From positions 1 to 36,610 of the IMG/VR virus record IMGVR_UViG_3300012147_000038: a DNA stretch of 36,610 bases; one strand, written 5' to 3'. This document shows, in pieces, positions 1 to 10,533 of the stretch (position 1 is its first letter; the number at the start of each line of letters is the position of its first letter). The notes below the pieces were generated by a model. The model searched no databases and had not been told where the DNA came from. It saw only the letters and a list, made by a program, of their open reading frames with translations. Position numbers and translations under genes: made by a program. Origin of the DNA: a virus (lineage: Duplodnaviria > Caudoviricetes).

Positions 1-8
1 AATTTGAA

Positions 9-1559
9 TTACCCTTTCTTATACTTGTCTATCAACTCTTGTGCTGTCGGCTTACCTGACTTAGAGGCTCCTCCTTTTTTATAGTTGTCTTTCTTATTTT
101 TTAATAAGGCTTTAAGCTCTCCTTCATTTCTTAATCCGTAGGCTTTAGCTACTGATGTAAGTACATCATCGTTCTTATCCATTCCTCCACCGACTTTCTT
201 TCTTTTAACGTCGTTAGATAACTTACCTGTTCCTTTATCGAATAGGTCTACCGCATCTGGGTCAAGGGATTGGCCCGTAGCCTTACCTTGATACTCAAAT
301 CCTTCGTAGGCCAGTTCCCCTGAATCCAATAAGATTACTTTAGTAACCTCCATTCTAGTTCCTTGTGGCCCCATTACCGTAACATTTGACTGCTTGGTCT
401 TTGAATCGGTAGGTAATGCAAATTGAACTGCTTCACCTCTTATGTCTCCTTTTACTCCTATATACTCTTCTACTTTTAGATTTCCATCTTGGTCGGTAAT
501 AAGGGTAAAATCTGATATAGCCTTCACGACTTTCTCTTTTGCCTCCTCTTCTTTTTTCCTGTTGGCTTCTTTATTAGCTGCATTTCTAGCTGAAAAATCT
601 ATGCTGTTCTCTACTACACTATCATAAAAAGGCTTAATAGAGTTGAGGTATGTCTCTTCTATCATTGCCATGTCATTTTCTTCTAGGTCTTTAGGTTCGT
701 TGCCCATAACATCGTACCATATTGACTTAGCCTTTACGCTAGGTTGTTTAGCAGAACCTAGGTGGCTTTTTACAAGTTCTCTGGCATCTTCCTTTATATC
801 CTCCCAAGTCTGGCTCTTAGTAGTACCGAAAGACCCTACAACACCCCCTTTAACTCTTGTACCTAATTCTTTACCTATAGATTGAGCGTCGGCAGCCATA
901 TTGTAGTTTGGTACTAACTCTGGAAAACTTTGTCCCATCATTTTTTGTGGTAACTGTAAATCCTCTAGTATAGGTTGTCCGTTTTGGTCAAGAACGGGTT
1001 CTCCGTCATCGTCAAGTTGTATGGTTGAACCTATTGCCCTACCTTTTTCATCTACCCCTATTTCTAGGTTAGCTTTTCCGTAGATGCTTTCGGCCACATT
1101 AAGATATTTTTTATTCCATCCGGATAGGCTCCCGTCTTGTACACCCTCTGCAAGTTTAATATTGAAATCCGTAATCCCTTGAGAGGAGGTGGACAAAGAT
1201 TTAGAATAATTGTTAAGATTCCCTATTTTCATAATAGTCTCTGGATCGTTTGCCAAAGAAGGGTTCTTTTCTATTTGTTTGTATATCTCTAGTAACTTAT
1301 CGGAAGCACTACTAACCCCTCTTATAAAGGCTTGGTCTACGGAGTCTGTACCTGTTATAACGTCTGTAAGTGTAGATGCGTCTGATTTATAACTACTAGC
1401 TATTTTTTCTTGCCTCTCTAATCTTTCTTTTTCTTGGGCAGCTACTCTATCTTTTTGCGCTTGCTCTCTTACCGCAACGTCCTCTGCCACCTCACCAAAA
1501 TTGAATTTAGTGGGTGTAGTTTGTTGATAAGCTGCGTAATTTCCTTTAGGTATCGCCAT
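9..1559 (-). CDS. Putative internal virion (ejection) protein
   Basis: 516 aa helical/charged ORF downstream of the tail genes, the usual position of podovirus core proteins; no diagnostic motif. Confidence 0.5.
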   Translation of the reverse strand: MAIPKGNYAAYQQTTPTKFNFGEVAEDVAVREQAQKDRVAAQEKERLERQEKIASSYKSDASTLTDVITGTDSVDQAFIRGVSSASDKLLEIYKQIEKNPSLANDPETIMKIGNLNNYSKSLSTSSQGITDFNIKLAEGVQDGSLSGWNKKYLNVAESIYGKANLEIGVDEKGRAIGSTIQLDDDGEPVLDQNGQPILEDLQLPQKMMGQSFPELVPNYNMAADAQSIGKELGTRVKGGVVGSFGTTKSQTWEDIKEDARELVKSHLGSAKQPSVKAKSIWYDVMGNEPKDLEENDMAMIEETYLNSIKPFYDSVVENSIDFSARNAANKEANRKKEEEAKEKVVKAISDFTLITDQDGNLKVEEYIGVKGDIRGEAVQFALPTDSKTKQSNVTVMGPQGTRMEVTKVILLDSGELAYEGFEYQGKATGQSLDPDAVDLFDKGTGKLSNDVKRKKVGGGMDKNDDVLTSVAKAYGLRNEGELKALLKNKKDNYKKGGASKSGKPTAQELIDKYKKG

Positions 1560-1561
1560 TT

Positions 1562-2158
1562 TTATCCTGTGTATATTGGTGCTTGTGGTTTTGCTGTTGT
1601 TAGCCCTTGAGTAGTAGTTTTTACTGCACTTACTTTAGGTATTTTTGAACCTACTCCTCCCATTGCACCTATAGCGCTAAAGGCCGAACCTACTCCCGAG
1701 ACGGCAGTATTTATCCCATTAGTAGTATTCTGTCTTTGGGTATTCAGTTCATTACCCATACCTGTTAAATCGGCTTGTTCTCTTACTTCTGTAGCTTGTT
1801 GTATACGAACTTCGTCGGTCGCTCTAAGGTCTTCTATTCTTTTTTGTTGCATATCCAAATCAGCGCCTATAGTTCTAGCTGCATTTATATTTGCTGCTTG
1901 AACGCTACCTGAACCTGCCCCTACGGCACGTACTCCTCCGGCCCTAAGAGCTTGTACACTACTTGCAGTAGCTCTAGCTAACTCCTCTTGTTGAAGCTCT
2001 GCTGAAAGAGTACTTACCCTAGTGTTCTCATAGGCGTTGGTTAAATCTTGTCTTTCGTAGTTTTTAATAGCGTCGCTAATCTTATTGGCCCTCTTTGCGG
2101 AAACTACCGCTTGAGTTACACCCCCTACTATTGCTACACCTGCTGCTGCTATTGCCAT
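1562..2158 (-). CDS. Putative internal virion/pilot protein
   Basis: Ala/Gly-rich hydrophobic N-terminus (MAIAAAGVAIVGG), coiled-coil middle and Gly-rich C-terminus, typical of podovirus ejection proteins. Confidence 0.6.
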   Translation of the reverse strand: MAIAAAGVAIVGGVTQAVVSAKRANKISDAIKNYERQDLTNAYENTRVSTLSAELQQEELARATASSVQALRAGGVRAVGAGSGSVQAANINAARTIGADLDMQQKRIEDLRATDEVRIQQATEVREQADLTGMGNELNTQRQNTTNGINTAVSGVGSAFSAIGAMGGVGSKIPKVSAVKTTTQGLTTAKPQAPIYTG

Positions 2159-2207
2159 ATTGGTTTAGTTGTTTTATTTATACAAAAATACGGAAAAAAC
2201 TCGTACA

Positions 2208-2630
2208 TTAAAAGAGTCTCTTATAGTACTGGTCAACTTTAGTGTCCGCTACTTTGAAACCATTATCCAACATACTCTCAATAACTTTAGGCGTATCTGA
2301 TGTAGTCCAAAGTATTTCGTAGCCTCCGTTCTTTGCCATTGATGCTATTTGACCGAACAAGTGTGTCAGTCCCCCTTTCTTTTCGTCAAAGGGTACGTGC
2401 GGATTACTAAATGGAAACCCTACTACCGCAAATGTAGAATTAGTGTTCCAAAAAAAACAACTGTACACGGCAACGCCTTTTAAAAAGCAGACGAATACCG
2501 TGTCAATTTGTCTTATAGGTATGCAGGGAAATTCCCTGATTGCACACCAGTTTTCATAAGTAGGATAAAAATCCTCTTTAGGTTCTATAGTAACGTCGAA
2601 TTTAGACTTAATTTGTTGTATTTCTTGCAT
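2208..2630 (-). CDS. GNAT-like (acetyltransferase-fold) protein
   Basis: 140 aa ending in ...ESMLDNGFKV...; sits between tail and internal virion genes as in many podoviruses. Confidence 0.45.
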   Translation of the reverse strand: MQEIQQIKSKFDVTIEPKEDFYPTYENWCAIREFPCIPIRQIDTVFVCFLKGVAVYSCFFWNTNSTFAVVGFPFSNPHVPFDEKKGGLTHLFGQIASMAKNGGYEILWTTSDTPKVIESMLDNGFKVADTKVDQYYKRLF

Positions 2631-2665
2631 AACTAAATATACGAAATTATTACTAATCTACCAAG

Positions 2666-5600
2666 TTATGATGGCGAACTTTTGAACATATTTGTACCTA
2701 GTGCGTATAGCTCTGTTCTTGTGTTTGAACTATCTACTAAATCTATTTCAAAGTTATATCCTCTTATCTCACTACCCTCTACTCTACCTGATTTTTGAGC
2801 AAGTATAAAGTCGTTGGCACTTAATGAACCTACAGAAGTCAATGTAACGGTATTAGCCGTCCTATTTACTGCCGTAACCGTACCTACTAGAGTTGGTGTA
2901 GCATTATAAACTTCGTCTCCTATAGCTAACGAGGTGTGTATTGTATTTTTCATAGTCAACACTAGGGACGCTATCGAACTGATTTCACCTAACCCAAAGG
3001 CATTTTTAGCCGTAAGGTCTCCGGTAAGTTCGTTACGTCTCACATAAGCGTACAGCTTACCTTCTTTACGTAGGTACTCTGCAATTCCCACAGTACTCTG
3101 CGTTACAGAGATTGTTTCGTCGTTTAAGTAAGATTTTACCGTAGTGGCCCACGGCTTGTTACCCTCTATTATAAGATTCTTTAAAACCTTTATTTCAGAC
3201 GGGGCAGCGCTCACAATAACCTTTACAGTAGAGTTGTAATCATTTCCATAGAAACGGTTTCTAACAGGATTCGATTCGTCGTAATGCCTGTATAGTTGTC
3301 CGTTCTTAAAGCTGTAAAACTTATTATTAAGAGAACCCATCCATTGAGGTTGATAAGAGTAAAATGAAGGGAATCCTTTTACACCTTCGTTATAACCTAC
3401 AGTATATTGGCCTGCATCTACAAATACGTATTCTTTGTCATGTAAGTCAAAAGCTCCGAACTTTCTAGTAGACGGGTTATTTCTAAACGAGTCTTGTAAG
3501 AAGTCGGATAGACCTTTGTTTATTTCGGTTATACCGTCTTGAGAACGTCTAAGTAACGTACCCCTACGGACATCGCACCAGTATCTCATATTACCGTAGA
3601 AAGCGTGGCTCTCTGGGTGTGTAGAAATACCGTACTCTCCTGCCCATGGAGAAGGTGTACTACCTAATACGTTAGTTACCTCTCTTACAACACCGTTTCC
3701 GCCTGCATCAAATAGTATATCCTTTTCGAAAAGTACCGTGTGTACTTTATTTTCTTGGTACACCTCTAAATTAGTGTCGGCAGAGAATAGTTTTTGAATA
3801 CTACCATACTTGTCATCCATTGGTAAAAAGTTAACGGTAGACAAATTGAACTCGTTTATGCCATTAAAGTTTGTTGATTGCTCGAAAGGCTTACTGTACG
3901 TAAGGTCTGCTATTCTTTTATTCTGTTTAAATTTTTCTATATCAAGAGATGGCCTAGTGTCAATAAACATAGACCTCTCATTAAACCTGTCTTTTATTTT
4001 ATAACTCTCAAATCCATTACCCCAAGAGAATGCGTTGAAAACGTTTAAGTTCAATATCGCAGGCTGCCCTACGGTCTGGTTCTGGTCACTACCGTTGAAA
4101 CCTTGGTGGTATTTTGTAGCACCAGAAGATATGTCGTAAGTCCTACCAATTTCATAGAAGAAACTTTCGTCTATATTTAATGGAATAGTCTCGAATATTA
4201 ATGGGCTTTTAAGCGTAAGTATTTCTATACTTGCATTAGCTCTACCGGTCTCGTTGTTGATTACCCTGTAACTAGATGCAAATAACATACACATAGGCTC
4301 TCTAGGAGCTATACCGGAATATCTTCCGTCTAGTTCAAACTGTTGTGGCGGATTATGCTTAATTACTGTACCTCTTCTAAATATAACCCTATCTAAGGTT
4401 GTAGGGTATTCTATTGTATCTATAATACTATCTCCATAGAACCACTCCTCTAAGTTAGAGTATGTACCACTAGATACAAACGTTTGTGTAAACTTTATTT
4501 GGCCTGTTGAACCGCTACTACCAGTATCGTCATAAGTTATAGTTATTTGAGTACCCCCTAAAATCTGCTCCACCTCCGGTTGTGGCCCTTGGTAACTTAC
4601 TATGATTCTGTTGTCTATAAGAGAGCTTGAACCTACGTCCCAACCCTGTGTTATAGTTTCTGATTTTGCAGAGATAACCCATCTATCGGATAAATTATGT
4701 CCAGTAGAGAAACTAAACGTTATAGCTATTCCGTTACTAAGAACTTGACTACTCGTTGTAATAGGGATATCTGCGCTCCAATCATCTTCGTCGCCTTCTC
4801 TCCACCTAAATGAATCGGGTAGACCTAGGCTTACTATTTCTATTTGATATCTTATATCCGTATCTCCTGTATAAAGACCACCAGATAACCTACAGTCGTC
4901 TAAACCTCCTGTACCGTAGTATACCGGAGTCTCTTTGTATGACTCGGTTGCACCAGAAGCAACAAGTATGTTGTTTGGTGTATTACCTGTTCTAAAACCA
5001 AAGCTAGTGAAGTTATAAGTAGTAAAGTCTTCCACACTTATCCTAAACCCTTCTGGCTTTATTTTGAAATATGTTCCTGATACCTGTTCTACTGTAAGTA
5101 CGTCATCATCCTCTAAGAAGTTTTCTGGTTGATTTACTATGTTTAATACTCTAGTTTGAATAGCATCTTCAAGTATTTCAGAGCTGTCTGATTTTACGTA
5201 AATGAAATCTCCCACCTTGAACTTGTTGGCTTCGTCGGCCTCTAGTTTAAGCCATGCAAATACACCGTCCCTGTAAAATAAAGATGGTACTATTGTTTCG
5301 TAGTTAACCCTAGTTTGTTTTAAGAAGAACCTGTACTTGGTTGCCCAATATGGTGCTTCGTTGTTAACCGTAACCCGTAGTACGTTCTTTTTATTGGAAT
5401 CGCTATTAGGTATGGCCGTAGTATTTAAAGGGCTTGTAAGTACTGTACTCATACGCCCGTCCTCGTCTAGGTAAACTATACCTATCTCGTATGCCCTATT
5501 ACTCTTCATTGTTTCAGAAGCACTCCCAGAGTTTATTGTGCTTGCGCTGTGATCTACCGTAAAGTCTATTTTTATCTTAGTTCCTCCGGCATTGGTTTTG

Positions 5601-6622
5601 GTTATATTATATCCTTCTGTGTAATTACCTATTACTATCCTGTTACCTATTAATTCTAAGGCTTTAGCTTTTAGTGGTACAGCGTCGTAAAGCCTTTTTA
5701 GTTGGTCGTCGGCTAAGGCCGTAAATATTTTGTTGTTGTTAAACTTAAAAGATTGTGTAGAGTCGTCAGACCAATCTTGTTCGTCTTTGTCAAAGGCCTG
5801 TACCAAGAATACAGTATTACTGTTAGACTCTTTCATAACGATATCAACACCTATAACCTCGGCAGGGCCAACATTGAATCCAATGGTAGCCTCGTTAAAT
5901 CTGTTTACCATACCCTCATTAGAAGACACAGCGTAGTCATACCTAAAGTTCTTAGGTAAAAAAGCTGTTTCCGTAAAGGGAGATAATGCGCTAATTTCTC
6001 CATCAACATACCTGTATCTGTGCGAGAACCTTAAAAACCTTTCGGTTATGTTGTTCTCGTTTTCTGTAGGGGTGTTTGATAGTGTAAGTGTAGGTGGCGA
6101 CAGGGGCGGCCTCTTATAAAGATTTATCTGTTCGTTTGAAAATCCATTTGTGGCATACGTCTTTGCCGTTGCTATGTTGATAGCACGTATAGGGTTTAGG
6201 TCGTCTGTCCAAATAAGAATCCTTTTGTTATTGTCTGTGTCTACTATAACCCCAACGCCCGTAATTAAGTTATTGACGTTAAAATTAAGTACTCTTGTAC
6301 CGGTATCACTTAAAACTATTGCTGCCGTATCAAGTATAGTGTCGTACTCTATTACGTAGTCTCCTAGCTCTGATGTAGTGAACCAATATATCATACCTGC
6401 GCTATTGTCGAAAAATGCTCCAACAGTATTTACAGTAGTTCCTAATGACAATGTAGTCAATTGCTCGTTAGAAAGCACAGACTCTATTGCACCTGTATCT
6501 GAACCGGAAGAGTTTGAAAGTTTGACATTAAGAGCGTCTCGGTATTCGCCATCTGGCATTAACCTTGAGTCTATGTCTTTGTTCATCTTTCCGGCTAAGA
6601 AAGTATTTTTAAATTCGCTCAT
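2666..6622 (-). CDS. Tail stabilization/muzzle protein
   Basis: 1318 aa; N-terminus FLAGKMNKDIDSRLMPDGEYRDALNV and C-terminal YGISTHPES resemble crAss-like stabilization proteins; beta-rich. Confidence 0.75.
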   Translation of the reverse strand: MSEFKNTFLAGKMNKDIDSRLMPDGEYRDALNVKLSNSSGSDTGAIESVLSNEQLTTLSLGTTVNTVGAFFDNSAGMIYWFTTSELGDYVIEYDTILDTAAIVLSDTGTRVLNFNVNNLITGVGVIVDTDNNKRILIWTDDLNPIRAINIATAKTYATNGFSNEQINLYKRPPLSPPTLTLSNTPTENENNITERFLRFSHRYRYVDGEISALSPFTETAFLPKNFRYDYAVSSNEGMVNRFNEATIGFNVGPAEVIGVDIVMKESNSNTVFLVQAFDKDEQDWSDDSTQSFKFNNNKIFTALADDQLKRLYDAVPLKAKALELIGNRIVIGNYTEGYNITKTNAGGTKIKIDFTVDHSASTINSGSASETMKSNRAYEIGIVYLDEDGRMSTVLTSPLNTTAIPNSDSNKKNVLRVTVNNEAPYWATKYRFFLKQTRVNYETIVPSLFYRDGVFAWLKLEADEANKFKVGDFIYVKSDSSEILEDAIQTRVLNIVNQPENFLEDDDVLTVEQVSGTYFKIKPEGFRISVEDFTTYNFTSFGFRTGNTPNNILVASGATESYKETPVYYGTGGLDDCRLSGGLYTGDTDIRYQIEIVSLGLPDSFRWREGDEDDWSADIPITTSSQVLSNGIAITFSFSTGHNLSDRWVISAKSETITQGWDVGSSSLIDNRIIVSYQGPQPEVEQILGGTQITITYDDTGSSGSTGQIKFTQTFVSSGTYSNLEEWFYGDSIIDTIEYPTTLDRVIFRRGTVIKHNPPQQFELDGRYSGIAPREPMCMLFASSYRVINNETGRANASIEILTLKSPLIFETIPLNIDESFFYEIGRTYDISSGATKYHQGFNGSDQNQTVGQPAILNLNVFNAFSWGNGFESYKIKDRFNERSMFIDTRPSLDIEKFKQNKRIADLTYSKPFEQSTNFNGINEFNLSTVNFLPMDDKYGSIQKLFSADTNLEVYQENKVHTVLFEKDILFDAGGNGVVREVTNVLGSTPSPWAGEYGISTHPESHAFYGNMRYWCDVRRGTLLRRSQDGITEINKGLSDFLQDSFRNNPSTRKFGAFDLHDKEYVFVDAGQYTVGYNEGVKGFPSFYSYQPQWMGSLNNKFYSFKNGQLYRHYDESNPVRNRFYGNDYNSTVKVIVSAAPSEIKVLKNLIIEGNKPWATTVKSYLNDETISVTQSTVGIAEYLRKEGKLYAYVRRNELTGDLTAKNAFGLGEISSIASLVLTMKNTIHTSLAIGDEVYNATPTLVGTVTAVNRTANTVTLTSVGSLSANDFILAQKSGRVEGSEIRGYNFEIDLVDSSNTRTELYALGTNMFKSSPS

Positions 6623-6625
6623 TTA

Positions 6626-7489
6626 TTAGTCTTTGATCCACTTAGAATTACCTTTGAGGATTTGTTTAACATTATCGTATGTTATAGGAGAGATTCTTTT
6701 CTTGGCCAATCTTCTTTGATTGTACCAATCTTGCTCTGCTCTGATTTTTTCTCTTTCGGCAACAGACCTCTTTCTTTTTATAAGATTGAAGTAGATGTAT
6801 GCGTAGAGTGCTTCTTCTGCAAATTTGTGTACTCTTATTTCGTCGTCGGTTCTTTGGAATAGTCCGTCGCTTAGGTAGTCTAGTACTATAGTCCTTCCGG
6901 TAACTATGGAAGAAAATTGTATAACCCCTTGTGTCTTGTCTACTATGAAGCTACCATTTTTAAATATCTTAGACCTATCTACGTTGAAACCCCTTTGAGT
7001 AAAGTTTGCTATAAGGTCTGCATCTTCGTTTGCAATTATAGGATTAGACTCTACTGTATTCTGTATGTGGCTACCTTTAAGGATATCACCGTCTATATCA
7101 TATAAGAAATCGTAATTATCATCTTGTAAGTATGCCTGCGCTAGGTTGTAGCTTCTGTCAAACGCTAGTGGGTGTTTTTTACCTCTTTGGTCTACCCACG
7201 AAATCCTTACATAGTTTATGTAATCGTGTGGTAATGGGATTATAAGAGATGGGTCTAGGTCTAGTTCTATGGAAATTATTTCATTAACTACGTCGTAGTA
7301 TAGTTCTCTTACTCCTTTTTTTCCGAATATGGCAACACGACCCCTGTCCGTATGGGCTACATACGAATCATCGTCTTGCTCGAACATAAAGTTGTTGACT
7401 ATCTCTTCGAGAGTGCTGTATTGATAATCACCGAATTGCGAAACGTCGTCATAGTAATTATCTAAATTTGTAAAATTAGGTAAAGCCAT
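6626..7489 (-). CDS. Tail ring/adaptor structural protein
   Basis: LPHDYINYVRISW and LDYLSDGL...VHKFAEEALYAYI motifs; located in tail module. Confidence 0.6.
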   Translation of the reverse strand: MALPNFTNLDNYYDDVSQFGDYQYSTLEEIVNNFMFEQDDDSYVAHTDRGRVAIFGKKGVRELYYDVVNEIISIELDLDPSLIIPLPHDYINYVRISWVDQRGKKHPLAFDRSYNLAQAYLQDDNYDFLYDIDGDILKGSHIQNTVESNPIIANEDADLIANFTQRGFNVDRSKIFKNGSFIVDKTQGVIQFSSIVTGRTIVLDYLSDGLFQRTDDEIRVHKFAEEALYAYIYFNLIKRKRSVAEREKIRAEQDWYNQRRLAKKRISPITYDNVKQILKGNSKWIKD

Positions 7490-7499
7490 TATTTATTTT

Positions 7500-8192
7500 T
7501 TATTGTTCTTCTACTTCTTTTCTTACTTGTTTGAGGGCCTCTGCATATTGCATAATCTCCGCTTCCCTTATGTTTATTCCAAAGTAGGATAACATTCTTA
7601 TCACAAGATTAGAAAATTCAGATGTATGTAGTTCAAAGTCTTGGAAGTCGTTTGCAGAGGGATTGTAAAGCTCTACGCCACTAACTACTGTGTATGTCCA
7701 CTTAGGGTCTAAAGGCGTTCTTACGTACCTACAATTGACTCCTGACACTATAGTTGCAGGTGAAATAGTAAGTAAGTTTCCGGTTTGCTCGTATGTCGGG
7801 AATATTGTAGATGGGGCAGCTAATGATTTACCTAAAAAAGATACATACTGTCCTTCCATCTCCTCTACTACAGTTCCGTTGGCATCTATACCAAAATCTT
7901 TTATAAAGTAAAGGTCTGTAGGTAACACAAAATTAGGTGTGCTATAGGTAAGAACAGCTCTTTTTGAAAACTGGTCTATCCTTTGTCTTTGATTTAAAGA
8001 TAGGTTTGCATAGCCTTTACTTGAAAGGCCTCTTTTTTCCTTGTACTTATCTCTGGCCTCGTCCTCAAAATATCCTCTGAATATCTCCTCTTGGGCCTGT
8101 TTAGCTATAAGGTTGTATTCCGTTGGTGTGACGTTACCCCTAAGCTCTTTGTTAAGTATGGTTTTTAGTAATTCGTAGGCGTTATTAATCAT
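7500..8192 (-). CDS. Tail tubular/ring protein (head-tail connector)
   Basis: ILNKELRGNVTPTEYNL...YVRTPLDPKWTY...DFELH pattern; located after the capsid genes. Confidence 0.6.
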   Translation of the reverse strand: MINNAYELLKTILNKELRGNVTPTEYNLIAKQAQEEIFRGYFEDEARDKYKEKRGLSSKGYANLSLNQRQRIDQFSKRAVLTYSTPNFVLPTDLYFIKDFGIDANGTVVEEMEGQYVSFLGKSLAAPSTIFPTYEQTGNLLTISPATIVSGVNCRYVRTPLDPKWTYTVVSGVELYNPSANDFQDFELHTSEFSNLVIRMLSYFGINIREAEIMQYAEALKQVRKEVEEQ

Positions 8193-8230
8193 ATTTTTAT
8201 CTCTTTATTAGTAACGTAAAGATACTAAAA

Positions 8231-8257
8231 AAAGAAAAGCCCCCAAAAGGAGGCTTG
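8231..8257 (-). terminator. Intrinsic terminator
   Basis: Minus strand AAGCCTCCTTTTGGGGGCTTTTCTTTT: hairpin plus U-tract. Confidence 0.7.
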
Positions 8258-8277
8258 TCATATTAATAATTAAGGGA

Positions 8278-9072
8278 TTATCGTTTGGATATCTCTACCG
8301 CTACTTGTAACCCTTCCTCTGTTCCTAAGAACTTAGAGAAGAAATCTAAGTGGCTTTGTCCTATTGGAATAAGGCAGATTGTAGCCTTGTTATCGGCCCA
8401 CATTACTTTACCACCGTCGGCACTAACTTGGATTTTACCGGAGTTAAATGCGTGCTGTGTAATAGCTGCTCTCTTGATTTCTAAGTCGTCGAAAATGCTA
8501 ACTTCTCCGTTGTCGTCAACGAAACGGTTAACGTTTTCATCTACTAATGAGTAAAGTGAGTTCTTGATTTCCGAAGATTCCATCTTAGCTGCTTCCGATG
8601 CGTTGCTGATAAGAACGGAGGTAATTATCCTTAATTCTTCTATTCCGGTATCTTCTTTAGCTTTGGCACGGATAGCTTGTTTAACGTCTATCTTCAATTC
8701 TTCCATATCTGTGATATCGGTAGCGTCTGCTGCTGTATCTATTAGTTCAAATACTCCACCGTTTTTAGGGTGTACATCTAAGAATTGTTGAGTAAGTACG
8801 TCTGATTCTTTAGTCTCTAATAGTCCTTTTAAGAAAATGATAGGAACGACTACCGCACTTTCCGATTGCTCGTCAACGAATATAGACCTTTCTCCGGGGC
8901 AATGTCTTATTGCACGAGTATATCCTGTATTTTCATCTGGTACTAAAAGTGAGTTGTTTCTTCCAACCTTTAAGGTGAATGTAAGGGGTTGGTACCTTAG
9001 TAGTCTGTAATTCTTTGCCTTTCGTTCTGTAACGACGGTCTTCTTGGCTGTTGTAGCTCTTTTTGTTGCCAT
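8278..9072 (-). CDS. Hypothetical phage protein downstream of the major capsid gene
   Basis: 264 aa ORF with upstream TATCTTTA promoter-like box; function not recognised. Confidence 0.6.
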   Translation of the reverse strand: MATKRATTAKKTVVTERKAKNYRLLRYQPLTFTLKVGRNNSLLVPDENTGYTRAIRHCPGERSIFVDEQSESAVVVPIIFLKGLLETKESDVLTQQFLDVHPKNGGVFELIDTAADATDITDMEELKIDVKQAIRAKAKEDTGIEELRIITSVLISNASEAAKMESSEIKNSLYSLVDENVNRFVDDNGEVSIFDDLEIKRAAITQHAFNSGKIQVSADGGKVMWADNKATICLIPIGQSHLDFFSKFLGTEEGLQVAVEISKR

Positions 9073-9118
9073 TTTGTTTTAGTTTAAATTAAGTTTGAAT
9101 TATAAATATAAAGATAAT

Positions 9119-9146
9119 AAAAAAAGGGGAGCGATTAAACTCCCCT
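9119..9146 (-). terminator. Intrinsic terminator after major capsid gene
   Basis: Minus strand AGGGGAGTTTAATCGCTCCCCTTTTTTT. Confidence 0.8.
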
Positions 9147-9162
9147 ATTATTATGATGTTGA

Positions 9163-10503
9163 TTACTCGCCCTCGAAAATCATAAAGTTGTTTGCACCTA
9201 CGGTACATACACCTCTATCTGCCAAGTGGTGAACTCTCATGTGGTCGTTACCATCTGTTGGGGCGTTAGTTCCAACTGAACCTGTAATCCACGTTTTGTG
9301 ACGTCTGTTCTCCGCACCTTTAACTCTGTACTTGATAGACAAGTAAGGTTTAGTGATACGGTCAGCCATTGGGCTAGTTCCGTCGTAAACTTCTTGGTCT
9401 CCGTAAGGAACCAATAGTCCACGTACTTTTCCATCTGCCGGTGCTACTGCTCCTAAAAGAGTAGGGTCATTTAAGACTTTCCAGTCAGATTTGTAGAAGT
9501 CGTAAGTACCTCTTCTGAATCCTTGGAATCCAAGATTTACGGCCATGTCCTCGCTGTTGTCGAACATACCGAAAGAAATACCACCAGAGTAACCTGCGTT
9601 CAATGCACCTAAAAGGTCATCGATAGCTAAAGATTGGTCTCTGTCTACGTAGAACATATATTCACGGATTTTACCTTGTGCGTCGAAACGCTTCAAGATT
9701 GTGTCCCAATCTGCAAGTGTTGTTGCTAGACCGTCGAATACGTTACCTCTGATACGTACGGACTCAAAAAGTCCTTCTGTACCGTCAAAACCTGCTGCTC
9801 CGGCTTCTGAACCTGCTTCTGCTGATTCACCTTGTAGTAAACCTAATTCGATTCTGTCCTCAAATCTACGTCTTCCGTCCAGTTCAGACTGTAAGTACCA
9901 TACAAATCCACCGTTGTCCGTTTGTACCCAAGAGTCTTGAGTAATTTCAGAACCAGATGCAAGATAGTTATCTCTCTCGATAATAGTCTTGTTGTTAAGT
10001 ATTGTAAAGTCAGTTTCTAAGCTTCCGTCCATAGGGCCAGAACCTTTCAAAAATTCACTGTGAGAGATGAATGCTTTGATTCCTGTTGTTCCTACTGACC
10101 AACCTGCTGCCTTGTAAGGTAGGGCTGTAAAAGTGTCTGTTGTTACGGCAGTAATACGTCCTAATTGGAAATTAGAGCTACCGGATACCGCTACTACTTC
10201 ACCGGCACGGAATACGTGTCCTGCTTGTGTAAAAACGTTACCACTACGTCCTACTGATTCGTAAGAAGTGTGAAGACGGCCTTTTTCAGTCCAGATGTAC
10301 TGGTCAGAAGAGATAGCCTCTTCGCTCCCTAGTTCGAAAATCATACCCATAAGAGACTGGTCTCCATAGATAGAAATTAATTGTTCGTAAGCATCTGGCG
10401 CATACTGTGAAGTATAATCGAAGATGTCGATGTAGTTAGTTTGGCTAGGGGCCTTAACTGCACTAGGGCTGATTGCGTACGTTGGTGTTGATGCTAATGC
10501 CAT
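9163..10503 (-). CDS. Major capsid protein
   Basis: 446 aa; portal-scaffold-MCP order; motifs WTEKGRLH, GTEGLF, LGFQGFRRGTYDFYKSDWKVLND resemble crAss-related Bacteroidota phage capsids; strong terminator follows. Confidence 0.85.
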   Translation of the reverse strand: MALASTPTYAISPSAVKAPSQTNYIDIFDYTSQYAPDAYEQLISIYGDQSLMGMIFELGSEEAISSDQYIWTEKGRLHTSYESVGRSGNVFTQAGHVFRAGEVVAVSGSSNFQLGRITAVTTDTFTALPYKAAGWSVGTTGIKAFISHSEFLKGSGPMDGSLETDFTILNNKTIIERDNYLASGSEITQDSWVQTDNGGFVWYLQSELDGRRRFEDRIELGLLQGESAEAGSEAGAAGFDGTEGLFESVRIRGNVFDGLATTLADWDTILKRFDAQGKIREYMFYVDRDQSLAIDDLLGALNAGYSGGISFGMFDNSEDMAVNLGFQGFRRGTYDFYKSDWKVLNDPTLLGAVAPADGKVRGLLVPYGDQEVYDGTSPMADRITKPYLSIKYRVKGAENRRHKTWITGSVGTNAPTDGNDHMRVHHLADRGVCTVGANNFMIFEGE

Positions 10504-10533
10504 TGTTTAATGATTGTTTATAGTTGTTGTTTC